Source of the DNA: Cystobasidiomycetes sp. EMM_F5
Lineage: Eukaryota
DNA: 53,297 nucleotides
Direction: 5' to 3'
Assembly (NCBI GenBank): GCA_051047955.1
Contig: JBPGPT010000042.1
Location: 62,001-115,297, forward strand
The notes beneath the pieces were generated by a model, which had not been told where the DNA came from, made no database searches, and saw only the letters and a list, made by a program, of their open reading frames with translations. Made by a program: the position numbers and the translations under genes. Within the stretch, counting starts at the first letter, position 1, and each line of letters starts with the position of its first letter. Of this stretch, positions 38,477-49,580 are shown piece after piece.

Positions 38477-40274
38477 ATGGCCGCCGACTTTGAGGATTTC
38501 GGACAGCTCCAGACGGCGTTGGAGTGCCCGATGTTTAGCGAAACAAACGGGAAAGAGATTGGTGAGCTGGGCGATGGAGACGCAGACGATGAAGAGATGT
38601 ACGCTGACTTGTCCCGCCAGGATCCATCAGCGCGTCCATTTACTGGAGCGACACGGGTGAGCCAAACTCGCATTGGAAAGCCCTGCCCATCTACGCGGCC
38701 AAGCAGGAGAGCCATGGCAAAGAGCATCTGTACACTGGATTCGTGGGTGCGTCCACTAATAACCCGCAAGAGTCAAAAAACCCCGTCTCGAAGCATGGGC
38801 TGCTAAGGACATCCCCGCAGTGTAGAATCAACAGCAGGAAGATATATCGCCATAACGCTGACATGGCGCACAAAGAAGGGCATCATCACAAAGGAGTGGA
38901 AGGCGCCGAGGGATATCCTCGCAAACTTTGCCTTTGACGGCAGGGCAATGTCGGCGATGGAGTACAGCATCATCAAGCCCGGCGCAAAGAATCCCCTCCC
39001 GCTCTCTGGACTGTGGTCGACAGATACCGTCAGGTGCCCTCTCAGATGGCGCGAGAGGACAACAAACAGAAACGCCCCCAATCCAGACGATCAACCGGGC
39101 GCATTCCACGCGGATCCCGTCAAAGACTCGCCATCATCGGCACCCCCTCGACCTGCCCTCATGTCGGTCGACGACCTCTCGTCGTTCCGCATCACCATCC
39201 ACGACAAGTTCACCGCCGATAATGCAAGGGACAAGAAGCTGCAGAACTGGAACGCCTTCAACCAAGAAAAGACACGCTACTCTCACGAAGCCTACGCGCA
39301 CAAGACTCTGTCCCATACTTTGGAGTGCGTGTACTGCGGTAGTCTTTGCTTATTCGTGACTGATTCGACGTAACGCGCAGCATCGGGGGACCAGCTGATC
39401 ACAACAAAGTTCTGACTGACGCCCTTCTCAACGGCTCTGGTCCATTCCCAAAGTCGTTGCCCTTTCTCGAGTTTCGCATATACTACAAGTCGCGAAGTGA
39501 GCGGGAGTTTTGCCCTGCTCTGCGAAATTTGCTGACGTACTTATTGTGCCGACAGAGCTGCTGAGGGAGCTGGGATACTTGCCTGGCAGTCGCAACGAGG
39601 TACATACGCAAGTATCACCTCCACGATCTTCCGTACCGCTGGCAGCCATACCCGCGCCACGAGCCGAGTCGGCATCAAACATTCAAGTCAGACCCTCGGA
39701 AAGCAAGCAAGCTAGTACTGTTCCCGCTAAACGGCCAGCAAGCGATACCACAAAGGACAGTGCTTCTCGCACGGCACCTACCAAGGTCAAGCACGAGGAA
39801 GATGCACAATCCCAACACTTTGCGAATAACGTAAATTTCGACAGCAATCTAGACGATCTCCCTCCGCTGGCTGAAAGTAGCGGCCAGACTACCACAACTG
39901 CAGCTGCTACTTCATCTCATGCGGCCGTTTCCTCGCAAGCTAGACCCATTGCTGCCATGCCGAGGACGGCGACGCCTATATCGCAAGACAAGCCGACGAG
40001 CAGTGGACAGAATCCCTCGACTCCAGCCCAAAAATGGCGTGACAATGCAATGTCGTTTCTCGAGGAGATTGATCTGGCAGACGATGAGAATGTGGAAGCG
40101 TTACTCGCTGTGGGCTTCAAGATGAAGCAGAGATGGCTCAAGCTTCTTGCCAGTGCCTCACAGGCAGACCTCAAATGGACTGTGGACGGACTACGTGAGA
40201 GAATGTCACGACTGGAATTCAACACCCTCGTCGACCACATCAAGCAACAGACGGGCGTGACGATCGATGTATGA
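38477..40274 (+). CDS. Hypothetical protein, multi-exon: globular N-terminal part, disordered linker, helical C-terminal domain
   Basis: ATG 38477 divergent from PET127. Open frames 38477-38656, ~38821-39325 and ~39556-40274 are flanked by GT/AG sites. No family recognised. Confidence 0.6.
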
Positions 40275-40466
40275 CATTCCATACGGTATGGCAATCAGGA
40301 CGAATGTCCGGAGATATTTTATGGAGATGGTATAGAAGTACAAAGATAGATCGTGTATGCGGTAAAGAAAAAGTCGTAACTGGTATCAATGCGTATCTAT
40401 TTGTAAATGATGTTGAGTCTGCTTCCTTGGAAAACGTGCATCGTGCAGTCGAAAGGCCCATCAGCG

Positions 40467-41132
40467 TTATTTTTTGCTGAGCTCCAATTGCCCCGGTCGC
40501 TGTTGTCGCATTCTGGCTTCGGCCTCCGTTAATGGTTGCCGATTGGAATCCGCAGCGCCTCGTATGAGCGGAGGGGCAGTGTGGCTAGCACTTGAACTAG
40601 GTTGCTGGCTGCTACGCATTGGAGACCTTTCGAAGAAAGACGGTGTACTCCTTTGGGCCTGATTTACCGGCGGCTGTACGGCTGGCACCTGTTGCTGCGA
40701 GCGGCTGTTTGGGTCAGGCATGGGTGAGGAGGTTGAAGAAGAGCGTCCCTGTTGTGGTGAGACCGGCTGACTCGGTCTCTGACTCCCAGTCTTAGTACTA
40801 GTTCCATAATTAGTTTTTGGTACAGCAGGCGTTACAGGAGTCTGCAGTAGAGTCTGTCGAGCTTGTTTAGGAGATGTGGTAGTAGAGGTTGGTCCCATTG
40901 ACGGAGTACGCGACATTGAAGACGAGGAGACCCTTACTCCTGCAGCTGTCGACTGTCTTGACATCTGCGGGCTCGTTTCGCGTCCTTGACTACCGTAAGG
41001 AATGTTTGACGGCACAGCCGGAGCGGCACTAAACGAAGATCGAGTTGCAGAATTGGAAGCGCTGGAAGAACCACGCGGCCTGTTTTTCAAACCTTTAGAC
41101 GAGGTGTCCAATGCGAGTGGAGGTCTCTGCAT
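40467..41132 (-). CDS. Intronless S/P/Q/T-rich disordered orphan protein (221 aa)
   Basis: ATG-initiated 666-nt ORF with pyrimidine-rich leader. No recognisable domain. Confidence 0.5.
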   Translation of the reverse strand: MQRPPLALDTSSKGLKNRPRGSSSASNSATRSSFSAAPAVPSNIPYGSQGRETSPQMSRQSTAAGVRVSSSSMSRTPSMGPTSTTTSPKQARQTLLQTPVTPAVPKTNYGTSTKTGSQRPSQPVSPQQGRSSSTSSPMPDPNSRSQQQVPAVQPPVNQAQRSTPSFFERSPMRSSQQPSSSASHTAPPLIRGAADSNRQPLTEAEARMRQQRPGQLELSKK

Positions 41133-41926
41133 GCTGATCTACAAGTCGGCCTTTTTCGGCGCAAAGAAAATGGAGAGAGAAGCGGAGTAGATCTTGCTGT
41201 TCTGTGGGAGATGTAGCAGAAGCAAACCAAAAGCAGTTCTGGGCTAGCGCTTTTTGAAGCATTTGCAACGACACTGCCGCATTTGGGAAAGCGATGCGGA
41301 GCTATACGACGAACAGACGTTAAACACCGCTGTTGCTGTGGAAAAAGCTGTAGCTGTGCCTTTGCGTAAGAATGTAATGGCGATGCAATTGAAGCCCTTA
41401 GTAATACACATCAACTCTCGCTGTGTTGCCGAACGTCTCCGTCAAGACCAGTTGCGGGTGTCGCACAGACGGTTATCTGTTGTCACGCCAGAACGGATCT
41501 TCACATGCGGCCAACGTCGATCAGTAGCAGCCGGCTTCTTCATAATCTTATATCGCGAGTGTACATGGCCTTAATTTTCCGCAAGCTCGGACAATCAGTC
41601 TGCAGTAGTGTCAGCCTCCACATTGCGATCGTGGCATTAGCATGCCAAGTTGCAGACACTGCCATTAGCCAGCAACTGGTGGCTTGCGCGAATGCGGATC
41701 CGCAGCCATAAATACGGCTATAGAGCAGCAGGTCGAGTGGTGATGAGCTGTGCTGTTACTTCCGATGGAGTGCTGAGAAGACGGCTGGCAGTTCGCGACA
41801 CTAGCAACTCAGTAGCTCAGTATAAGCTTAACTCTGTGTGCTGGTACATATTTTCTCAAGGCAGATTGCCCTTTTAGCGTTACAATGGACGGGTCATGCA
41901 CGAAAAGAAGATGACTTGTAAGAAGG

Positions 41927-42760
41927 CTACCTGCGACCGCCGGGTGGGGGACGTCTGGATCCGGGGAGTTGACCTACTGGATCTGGAGAGCGGAATCGCT
42001 CCAATGGGTCATTTGGCGCTGCCTGGGGAGCCTGGAACCCTGGACCCCAATTGCGCTCAACCGTTGTGTTGCTCCTGACACCAGGGCGCGCTGTTGCTGA
42101 CCGTTGCGGGAGTTGTGATAGCGAAGGATGTTGCGCGGCGGAGGCGTCGTAATAGCCGCCATGTCTGGGAGGAATCGGACGGTACTGTTCCGGAGCGACG
42201 CTTTGAGTGCCGCTGCGATCGATTGGCGCTAAAGCCTGACCTCTGCGCGCTGAGCTTTGAGATAGCATAGGCACTTGCACTGGTTGATCAGAGCCCGGAA
42301 GGCCAGCGGAGCGGGCTGCTTGCTCAAGCTGGCTGCGTCTCAAAGCCTCTTCTTGCCTTTTCTGTTCTCTTAAGAGAGCAGCTCTTTCATTAATATTCTT
42401 TCTCTTTTCCAGACGAGCTTCCTCTGCTGCTCTCTGGAGTACAGCCGCTTCCTGGCGTGCCCTGATAGTAGCAGGGTCATCGTTCATCCATGCAGTAGCC
42501 TTTTGCTTCGCTCCTGCCAGTGGCCCTGGCCGGTTCGGGCTGTTGTTCCCACTGAGATGCGGGCTAACATCGAAAAGACTCGATTCACCAGCTGATAGAT
42601 CCGATGACTTTCTTGACGGACCCCGCGAGAGTGTTTCCGGAGCGGTTGGTCGTTGGTTGCTTGGTGGCGCGAGATAGTTGGGATTATACGGTTGATTTGG
42701 AGCAGGAGTCGGCGGATACTGGTTGGGTTGTCCAGGAAAAGGCGCCGGCCTTTTAGACAT
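41927..42760 (-). CDS. Intronless P/Q/R-rich orphan protein with central coiled coil (277 aa)
   Basis: 834-nt ORF. Helical segment RARQEAAVLQRAAEEARLEKRKNINERAALLREQKRQEEALRRSQLEQAAR. Confidence 0.55.
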   Translation of the reverse strand: MSKRPAPFPGQPNQYPPTPAPNQPYNPNYLAPPSNQRPTAPETLSRGPSRKSSDLSAGESSLFDVSPHLSGNNSPNRPGPLAGAKQKATAWMNDDPATIRARQEAAVLQRAAEEARLEKRKNINERAALLREQKRQEEALRRSQLEQAARSAGLPGSDQPVQVPMLSQSSARRGQALAPIDRSGTQSVAPEQYRPIPPRHGGYYDASAAQHPSLSQLPQRSATARPGVRSNTTVERNWGPGFQAPQAAPNDPLERFRSPDPVGQLPGSRRPPPGGRR

Positions 42761-43174
42761 TGCAGAGGTGGAGATGTAGCTTGCGGTAAATAGTACTCTA
42801 GATGGTGTTATAGGTAGATGAAGATAGAAAAGAAGAGTAAGCAGACTATTCGATGGCCGGTTTTATCGAAGCTGAGCATCGCCTCCGCGTGAGACGGAGT
42901 ACTCTGAAGATTACGTCGAGCACTGCTCGGCTGTAGGTGAGCTGTGCGTGAGCTGTACGTATGCAGTGCAGTTCGTAGTTGGCGAACGGTAATGGCAGTA
43001 CCCAGTAGATAGCAGGTATGGGCGACACCTCCTGTCTACAGCTATTGCTAGCTGGCATGAATGCCAGAGTGGAACAATTCGTCTGAGGAGATGGTATGTA
43101 CGTCACAGTGGGTTGAGACGCTACGACGCTCGACGTAGGTATGTCACTGATATACCAGCGCTAGAGACGGACGA

Positions 43175-44047
43175 TTACGTAGGTTCATGCTTGCGCTTCT
43201 TGCTTTGCCCGATGTTTGCACTTGCTGTAGCGGTCGCAGCGGGGCTTGGCGCCGTTACGACATTGATTGCCGCAGCTTCTTCCAGTCGTCTCTTCTTTTT
43301 CTTTTTGCGATCCTCGATGGCTGGTTTCGTCGTGAATTGTAGTATACAGTCAGTTGCCTACTACGAGGAAGGTAGGAGCGGGATTGCTCACAATCGGCTC
43401 GCCAGACGCTTGTGTCAAACTGTCGAGAATAGCAAATCAGCAGGCGGACAGACAGACGCGGGGGTATGCATAATTCACATCAGGCAATTCTCCGATTTCC
43501 AATGTAAAGGCATCTCGTAGAGCTTGTGCGTCGAACGGGATGAAGGTGATGTGGTCTAGTGGATCTGGGTCGGCGAGCAAATCTCGCAAATGATGATCTT
43601 TTGCCAGCTTATTTTGGCCTGTCGGTAATCACAGGTCAGCTAGGAAGTGGGTCCTGCGAGTAATTGCGACCAACCCGGAACATCAATGACAATGTGCGAG
43701 TAGTGCTTCCTCACTGCTTTCGCCTTGTTTGGATTATTTCCCTCTGCATCACCGTCAGCACCTTTGCCCAGCTTGCCATTCGTTTCCGGCGGCGCGGGCG
43801 TTGAGCGGGATGCTGTTCCAGCAATTGCAGGATTAAGATACGGTCTCACGTAACGGTCATAGGCTGCTGTGAGCTGGAAAGTGTCGAGGAGGTTATTGTC
43901 TCCGGACAAATGGGATGGAGCGATTCCAGAGATATCGCAGGGGAACCACAGGGCTGTCGACGAGTGCTCATTCAGGACTCCGTTTGTCCCAGCTTGCATA
44001 ACTTTTGTCCCGCTCCCATTCACGTCTGGCTTATCATCGACGTCCAT
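43175..44047 (-). CDS. MED19: Mediator subunit Med19 (Rox3)-like
   Basis: HLSGDNNLLDTFQLTAAYDRYVRP, VRKHYSHIVIDVPG|QNKLAKDHHLRDLL, AFTLEIG, and a Lys-rich C-terminus RKKKKKRR..KKRKHEPT*. Confidence 0.75.
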
Positions 44048-44267
44048 AATTCATTGAACCCTAGCTGGCTACGAGGGTATCATGGGCTCAGTGTGCCAGC
44101 CTGCATGCACGACAGACTCAATCACAACATATTGGCATTTTGGTGCAGAGCCAGCAGTTGCATTGCTCGAACACGACGTTTGAGGCGTCAATCGATAAAT
44201 GCAAGTCATTGCTTGGTTTACGACCATCATACAACATACTGAACACTGATTCTCGTCGCTGTATTCG

Positions 44268-44944
44268 ATGGACTGTGCGCCCATGATATCCTACCGCGAA
44301 ATCCCCATCGCATTCTGACAATTTCCGACGATACCCTCATTGCAGACCTCCCCAAAGCGACTGACGGCTACCTGCCCTACTGGCTGCTCGCGACAGCAGT
44401 CATTGCAGCGCTAAACACCGTCCAGAACTTTACTACCCTCAAGTACTTTCGCGAATTGTACGCAAAAACGACGGGTATGCCCATCCTCCCTCATTTACGT
44501 GTTGTCAAGTTGTGACTCGAATGCACATTTCATCCATCTCCCCAGTCACCAACGTCCAGTCGCGGACCTTTGGTATATGGACTTTGACGGCAGCCTCGAT
44601 TCGCTTAACCGCTGCGTACGACCTGCACAACCCAGCGTAGGTGGCTTGACGACGTACGACAGATTTGTGATTGTGCTCATGACCGCAAGTTCCTCTGTTG
44701 GCAACAGCGTGTACAGGCTGGCGTTTGCGTCCTACATTTTCGCACTCTTCCATTTCGCGTCGGAGAACGTGGTTTTCGGAACAGCTCGCGTCAATCGAGC
44801 CACAATATCCCCGCTGCTTATTGCAAGTGCGTTAGATGGTGCTGGCAGAGATCTGTCGTTAATCTGACGCTATCTGCTGACCGTACTGTCAAAGGTGGGA
44901 CTGCGCTCTGGATGTGGAACCAATGGGATCACTACGTCAAGTAA
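44268..44944 (+). CDS. ERG28: Ergosterol biosynthesis protein 28
   Basis: Spliced MDYLPKATDGYLPYWLL..NTVQNF..LY, VTNVQSRTFGIWTLTAASIRL.AAY, SYIFALFHFASE..VFGTA, SPLLIA, WMWNQWDHYVK*. Confidence 0.9.
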
Positions 44945-45038
44945 TGACCCCTGAAGAGCACGCGCGATATGCCCACCACGGCTTAAGTATTAGCATGGCG
45001 GATGGCGTGGATATACATTGTGAAAATCGCGCGGCAAG

Positions 45039-45428
45039 CTATGATTGGAAAGCTGCCCAGTCGACGATGCTTGTGACGTTGGATATTCTCCCGTCGACAA
45101 AATCATAAAAGACGTGTTCGGAGAATGAGACTTGCTTCTGTCTTGCGCGCATGCCAGCCAGGTCGGCGACAGGGTGACAATTGTCAAAATTGATTATGGC
45201 TGCTATACGGTCGCCGTCTTTCATAACCAGCTTCAAGCTGAAGTGAATATCGGGAATAGCTTTGAAGGCGTCGCTGCATAGAGCAGCGTACTCGTTGCGC
45301 GACAGGCTTCTCTTGTTGTGGGTGACTCGGTTGTGCACAAATAACTCCAAATCGTCACCAGTGAGCTGGGCGCCGCTGGCGTTAATGGTGTCGATGTATG
45401 CTCTGTAGTGCTTCTCCAAGTCTGCCAT
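45039..45428 (-). CDS. SnoaL-like / ester-cyclase NTF2-fold protein, intronless (129 aa)
   Basis: YRAYIDTIN..FVHNRVTHN..Y..FKAIPDIHF..IAA..F..VSFSEHVFYDFVDGRISNVTSIVD pattern. Confidence 0.85.
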   Translation of the reverse strand: MADLEKHYRAYIDTINASGAQLTGDDLELFVHNRVTHNKRSLSRNEYAALCSDAFKAIPDIHFSLKLVMKDGDRIAAIINFDNCHPVADLAGMRARQKQVSFSEHVFYDFVDGRISNVTSIVDWAAFQS

Positions 45429-45526
45429 GGTCTTTATATCTCGCAGCTACTGTCCAAATGGTTGAAAGGAAAGCCGTTTCGTCGTTTGCGCGTTTCATAA
45501 CATCTTGCTTTCCATATGACCGAAAC

Positions 45527-46966
45527 ATGCTCAAAACCAGTACAACATGCAGGATATGCTGCCAAAGCATGCACAACTACAGCCAGACGTCTCGACGGCG
45601 GTTTGCGTCGTCTGTAGCAGATGTGACTGCCCGGGCACTGGTATACAGCAAGAACGGCGAGCCGAATGAGGTCTGATGCAGAAATACTGCGTCTCCCGTA
45701 TACTATTGCTGATGGATGACGCCAGGTCTTGAAAGCCATCACTTACAAACTCCCCAAACCGACAAATGACCAAGTCCGCGTCCGCTTCAAGCTGTCTCCG
45801 CAAAGTCGGCCTCGTAGCTTTCCGGACGTCCTCGTCACTCCCTCTGATAATTTCTTGTTTCCTCAGACCCAGCAGATCTCAATGTCATTCAGGGTGTTTA
45901 TCCGGAACGACCAAAACCGCGCGAGAATCTCTTGCCAGACTCTGAACCACTGTACATTGGAGGTAACGAAGGTTTAGCGGTAGTAGAGCACATACCGGAA
46001 GGAGTGGATGTAGATTATAAGGAAGGCGACTGGGGTTCGTCACATACAATATGCATAAATGCACGCCCTGACAGCCCGTCTATACAGTGATCATGGGCAA
46101 GCCACAGCTAGGTATGCATTCGTGCACTGCGGAACTCGATGCACTCTGAGGGGTTCATGTAGGGACATGGACAAGCCACGCCAACATACCTGCAAATGCC
46201 CTCTTTCCGGTGCCCCGCGATGCGTCATCCTCGCTTACCGATATTCAAGCTGCTACACTCGCCATCAACCCTTGCACAGCTTATCGAATGCTCAAAGACC
46301 CAGTTACAGACTTGCAGCAAGGCGAATGGATCTTACAGAATGGCGCAAATTCTCAAGTCGGATTAGCTGTTATCCAACTAGCGAAGCAATGGGGGTTGAA
46401 AACGATAAACTTTGTTCGCGATAGGTGTGTGCGTAAGAACCCGCCTTACAACCTGCCTGACGGGTGTCGACAGGAACGACATGGCCGGACTGCGGACGAA
46501 CCTCGAGTCCCTCGGTGCTGATCTTGTTTATCCATATTCCGAATTGGAGGACAAATCCTTCAAGAAGCGACTAGCAGAACAAATTTCATCTTCTCCAATC
46601 CGTCTTGCGCTGAATTGCGTCGGAGGTCCAACAACAACAGCCATGGCGAAGTTGCTCGGCAAGGACGCTACGCTCGTGACATACGGCGCAATGAGCAAGC
46701 AGCCACTGTCACTCCCTTCTTCACTCTTCATATTCAAAGGTTTAAACAGCGTGGGGTTCTGGATGACTACCTGGTATGCTAGAGCTAGCAGGGCCGAACG
46801 CACGAAGATGAGCAAACACCTCGTCGAAATGATGGAGCAAGGGAAATTTAAGCAGACGGAGTGCGATATTCTGGATCTGCAGGGAAGCGATACAGAAGTC
46901 GCAAAGAGGGCAAATGATGCAATAGCGCAATCACGCAATAAGAAGCTTGTATTTCGGTTTACATGA
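45527..46966 (+). CDS. ETR1: Mitochondrial enoyl-ACP (trans-2-enoyl-CoA) reductase
   Basis: ALVYSKNGEP, NPADLNVIQGVYP, GGNEG, GTWTSH, AATLAINPCTAYRML, QNGANSQVG.AVIQLA, LALNCVGG, LVTYGAMSKQP, IFKG..GFW. Confidence 0.93.
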
Positions 46967-47113
46967 CTTTCGTGGGAATGACTTAACACTGGAAGGTGTT
47001 GAGCTGTGCAAGCGCTAGTTATGGCTTTTTTCGCAATTTTGAGTTGGCAAAAGATTAGTCTGTACGGTCTTTAGTTTCCGTAGCGAAGACGATGTTCTTG
47101 CAATTTACGCGAC

Positions 47114-47929
47114 CTAATCTTCGTATCGTGAAGGCAGCCTAGTTTGCCTGCCGACGCGCGTTTTGGCGGGAAGCTTCGTCACTTTGCCTTCGTTGACGTG
47201 AGACGATCTTGACGTCACACTTGATGTTCCAACTTGTCGCTTGACGCTGATAGTCTGCGGGTTAGGGCCACCTGTTCGATAGTTCTCGGTACCACCTGAT
47301 CTGCCGCTTTGTGTCGCGGGAGGGTTCACGGATTTCTTCTTCTGCCCGGACGGCTTAGCGGTGACGGGAAGAGGAGCCTGTGTAGTCTGGCTTCCGGAGG
47401 TATCTTGGAGAAGTGCCGAACTTGAGATACCGCTCGGAGTAGCGCGATGCACAGGAGCTCTCGTAGCGGGTACTGATGGCGGAGGAATGCTGCGTCCAGC
47501 CCCAGAAGGCTGAGACGCAGCGTGGGAACCAGTAGGAGGATGGCCCATTAATTCGTAGACTCGGTACATTACCGCTTCAGTTGAAGTAGGACGCGGTATT
47601 GTTGTGCCCCTGGAGCCCTCAGACGCGGACGGACGACGCCGTCGAGTGGTGTTGCTTGTGTTTTGCGCTGCTTGAAAATTGGTAGGCTGCGCATATCCGA
47701 GACTAGATCTTGACGTAGGACTTGCGGTTCCAGCGGTAAGGGGCAGCGACGCTTTTGACTGGGTTGACTGGGTAGGTACGGTGAGATGTTGCTGCTGCTG
47801 AGGAAAGGGGTTTGGTGAGTGAGGTCCATCGAAAGGATTATCTTCGTTATATAAGGGTGCGTTGTTTTGGGCCCTTTTCTGAGGCCGTTGCAAAGTGCCG
47901 CTGCTGGAACGACGTTGTCGCTGTGACAT
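47114..47929 (-). CDS. Intronless disordered basic orphan protein, tandem family member 1 (271 aa)
   Basis: 816-nt ORF. FDGPHS near the N-terminus; C-terminus TRVGRQTRLPSRYED*. Confidence 0.6.
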   Translation of the reverse strand: MSQRQRRSSSGTLQRPQKRAQNNAPLYNEDNPFDGPHSPNPFPQQQQHLTVPTQSTQSKASLPLTAGTASPTSRSSLGYAQPTNFQAAQNTSNTTRRRRPSASEGSRGTTIPRPTSTEAVMYRVYELMGHPPTGSHAASQPSGAGRSIPPPSVPATRAPVHRATPSGISSSALLQDTSGSQTTQAPLPVTAKPSGQKKKSVNPPATQSGRSGGTENYRTGGPNPQTISVKRQVGTSSVTSRSSHVNEGKVTKLPAKTRVGRQTRLPSRYED

Positions 47930-48402
47930 GCTTGCGAGTAACGGCAGAAATGGATGAGGACAATCGCAATTGCGCGTGAGTGGGAAGGATGCGATTGCTG
48001 CAACTTGCTGAAGAAAAAGTCACTCTATGCGTGCGCTTACCATTTATATTCCACCGTAACACTGCCTCGGTATGCGAAAGCCAATCGTCACCACACAGAC
48101 AGCATTGCTCAGCTGTGCTTATGCAGTACATCGTGTCGGACAGCAATGGCAGTGCGGGAGGCAGTACTTATGGGTAAGTATACACATCCAGCGCCGCACA
48201 GCCTATACTGTAGCCAGTGCGGTTGGGTAAACTCAACTGAGTCAGTTTTCTCAAAGTAAACTGTACTCTTCATGCATCAGGAATGAGGTTGGACAATTAC
48301 GCTGCATTGCGCTCGTGAGAAGAAGATTTGATACAGGAGAATGATACAAACGCTCATATGTAACAATTTTGGTCATGGACGCAGGGATATGCACCTTTGT
48401 AT

Positions 48403-49113
48403 TCAGCGTGAGACAGTATCGTTACGGTTGGACGTGCCCGTCGTTTGAGGAACATCGTTGAAGCCATATCGTAGGGTTTGTTTTCTGATCCTGGTAGGAT
48501 GGTCTCGCTTTGGCTCACTCGCCTTCTTCACACGACCAACTTTGACTTGATTCAGAGATGTTGGCTGTGTTTGCCTGGTCCCAGTTGTCTGGCGACCGCT
48601 TCCGGCCTTTCTTAGCGGTGATGGTTTAGTCAGTGTCATGTTTGCTACAGGAGCCGTGAACCTTGTCGCTATTGGGCTGAGATTACCGGATTGCGTAGAA
48701 GATGGGTGGCGTTCATCGGGAGAGTCAGACCGCCTCTTACTTAAAGCCATAACAGCTAGAGGCTTTCCCATCTGAGCTTGAGTCGGCGTGGTGGGAACCG
48801 GAACGTTGAGGGGAAACGAGCGGCTGAGAGTTGGTCGAGACGGCGCTGTGGTCGGAGTTACAGCTGTTTGAGGGGTAGAAACTCGGGCAGGAGTGGAAGC
48901 AGATGTTGGCACGGATCGTTGAAGTCCAGCGGTAGAGTTCAGCGACATGGATGTCGCAGAGTTGGTGGGAACAACGACCGGCTGCTGAGAAGGAGGGGAA
49001 CCCTCACGCGAATAAGGTCCATCATAGATGTCACCTCTACGAGAAGCATTACTGGCACGTGGTGTCTTTCGTGAGGCTGTTGGAGTGCCCCTGCCAGTCG
49101 GTCGTCGTGGCAT
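48403..49113 (-). CDS. Intronless disordered basic orphan protein, tandem family member 2 (236 aa)
   Basis: 711-nt ORF. YDGPYS near the N-terminus; HPTRIRKQTLRYGF near the C-terminus. Confidence 0.6.
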   Translation of the reverse strand: MPRRPTGRGTPTASRKTPRASNASRRGDIYDGPYSREGSPPSQQPVVVPTNSATSMSLNSTAGLQRSVPTSASTPARVSTPQTAVTPTTAPSRPTLSRSFPLNVPVPTTPTQAQMGKPLAVMALSKRRSDSPDERHPSSTQSGNLSPIATRFTAPVANMTLTKPSPLRKAGSGRQTTGTRQTQPTSLNQVKVGRVKKASEPKRDHPTRIRKQTLRYGFNDVPQTTGTSNRNDTVSR

Positions 49114-49157
49114 GATGGTGGGTTATAGTCACGGTATGTCTACTGAGAGTCGGCGGC

Positions 49158-49205
49158 AAGTATTAGGTGGGGGTCAGAGGAAAGTATTAGGTGGGGGTCA
49201 GAGGA
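49158..49205. repeat. Perfect 24-bp tandem duplication (AAGTATTAGGTGGGGGTCAGAGGA)x2
   Basis: Units 49158-49181 and 49182-49205 are identical, 45-92 nt upstream of the 49113 ATG. Confidence 0.92.
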
Positions 49206-49580
49206 CAGAGGAGCTTGGATTGAGCGGGACCAAGAGAGAGGTGAGCCGGACTGCAACGCGATTAGAAAAGGCGCACGAGCATATATCTGTTCCCAGTCAG
49301 CTTGTTAGCCCAGTTGACAGTGATTTGGCAATGGCGGTGCTGTGAGGGAGCCATGTCCTGCTTGACCATCGAGCAAATGCGGCATATCCTGAAGGCCCAC
49401 TGGCATCCGTTCGAGCATGCTGGCACTTTGATGTCCGCGAGCATTCAATATTGACATCTTGGTTGGCAGATGCGCAACTGGAAACGACGTCTGCCTCGAC
49501 GCTGACCATCTCATTTATTTCGCAAGCTAATATGTACGCTTTTATTCCTTTACACTCTTCACACCACCTTCAATGAAGTA

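Noticed and set aside
48235..48247. AACTGAGTCAGTT palindrome containing an AP-1/Gcn4-type site
   Set aside because: A single short site with no supporting context.
49158..49205. CRISPR-like or true telomeric array
   Set aside because: Only two adjacent units with no spacers, in a eukaryotic, internal location.
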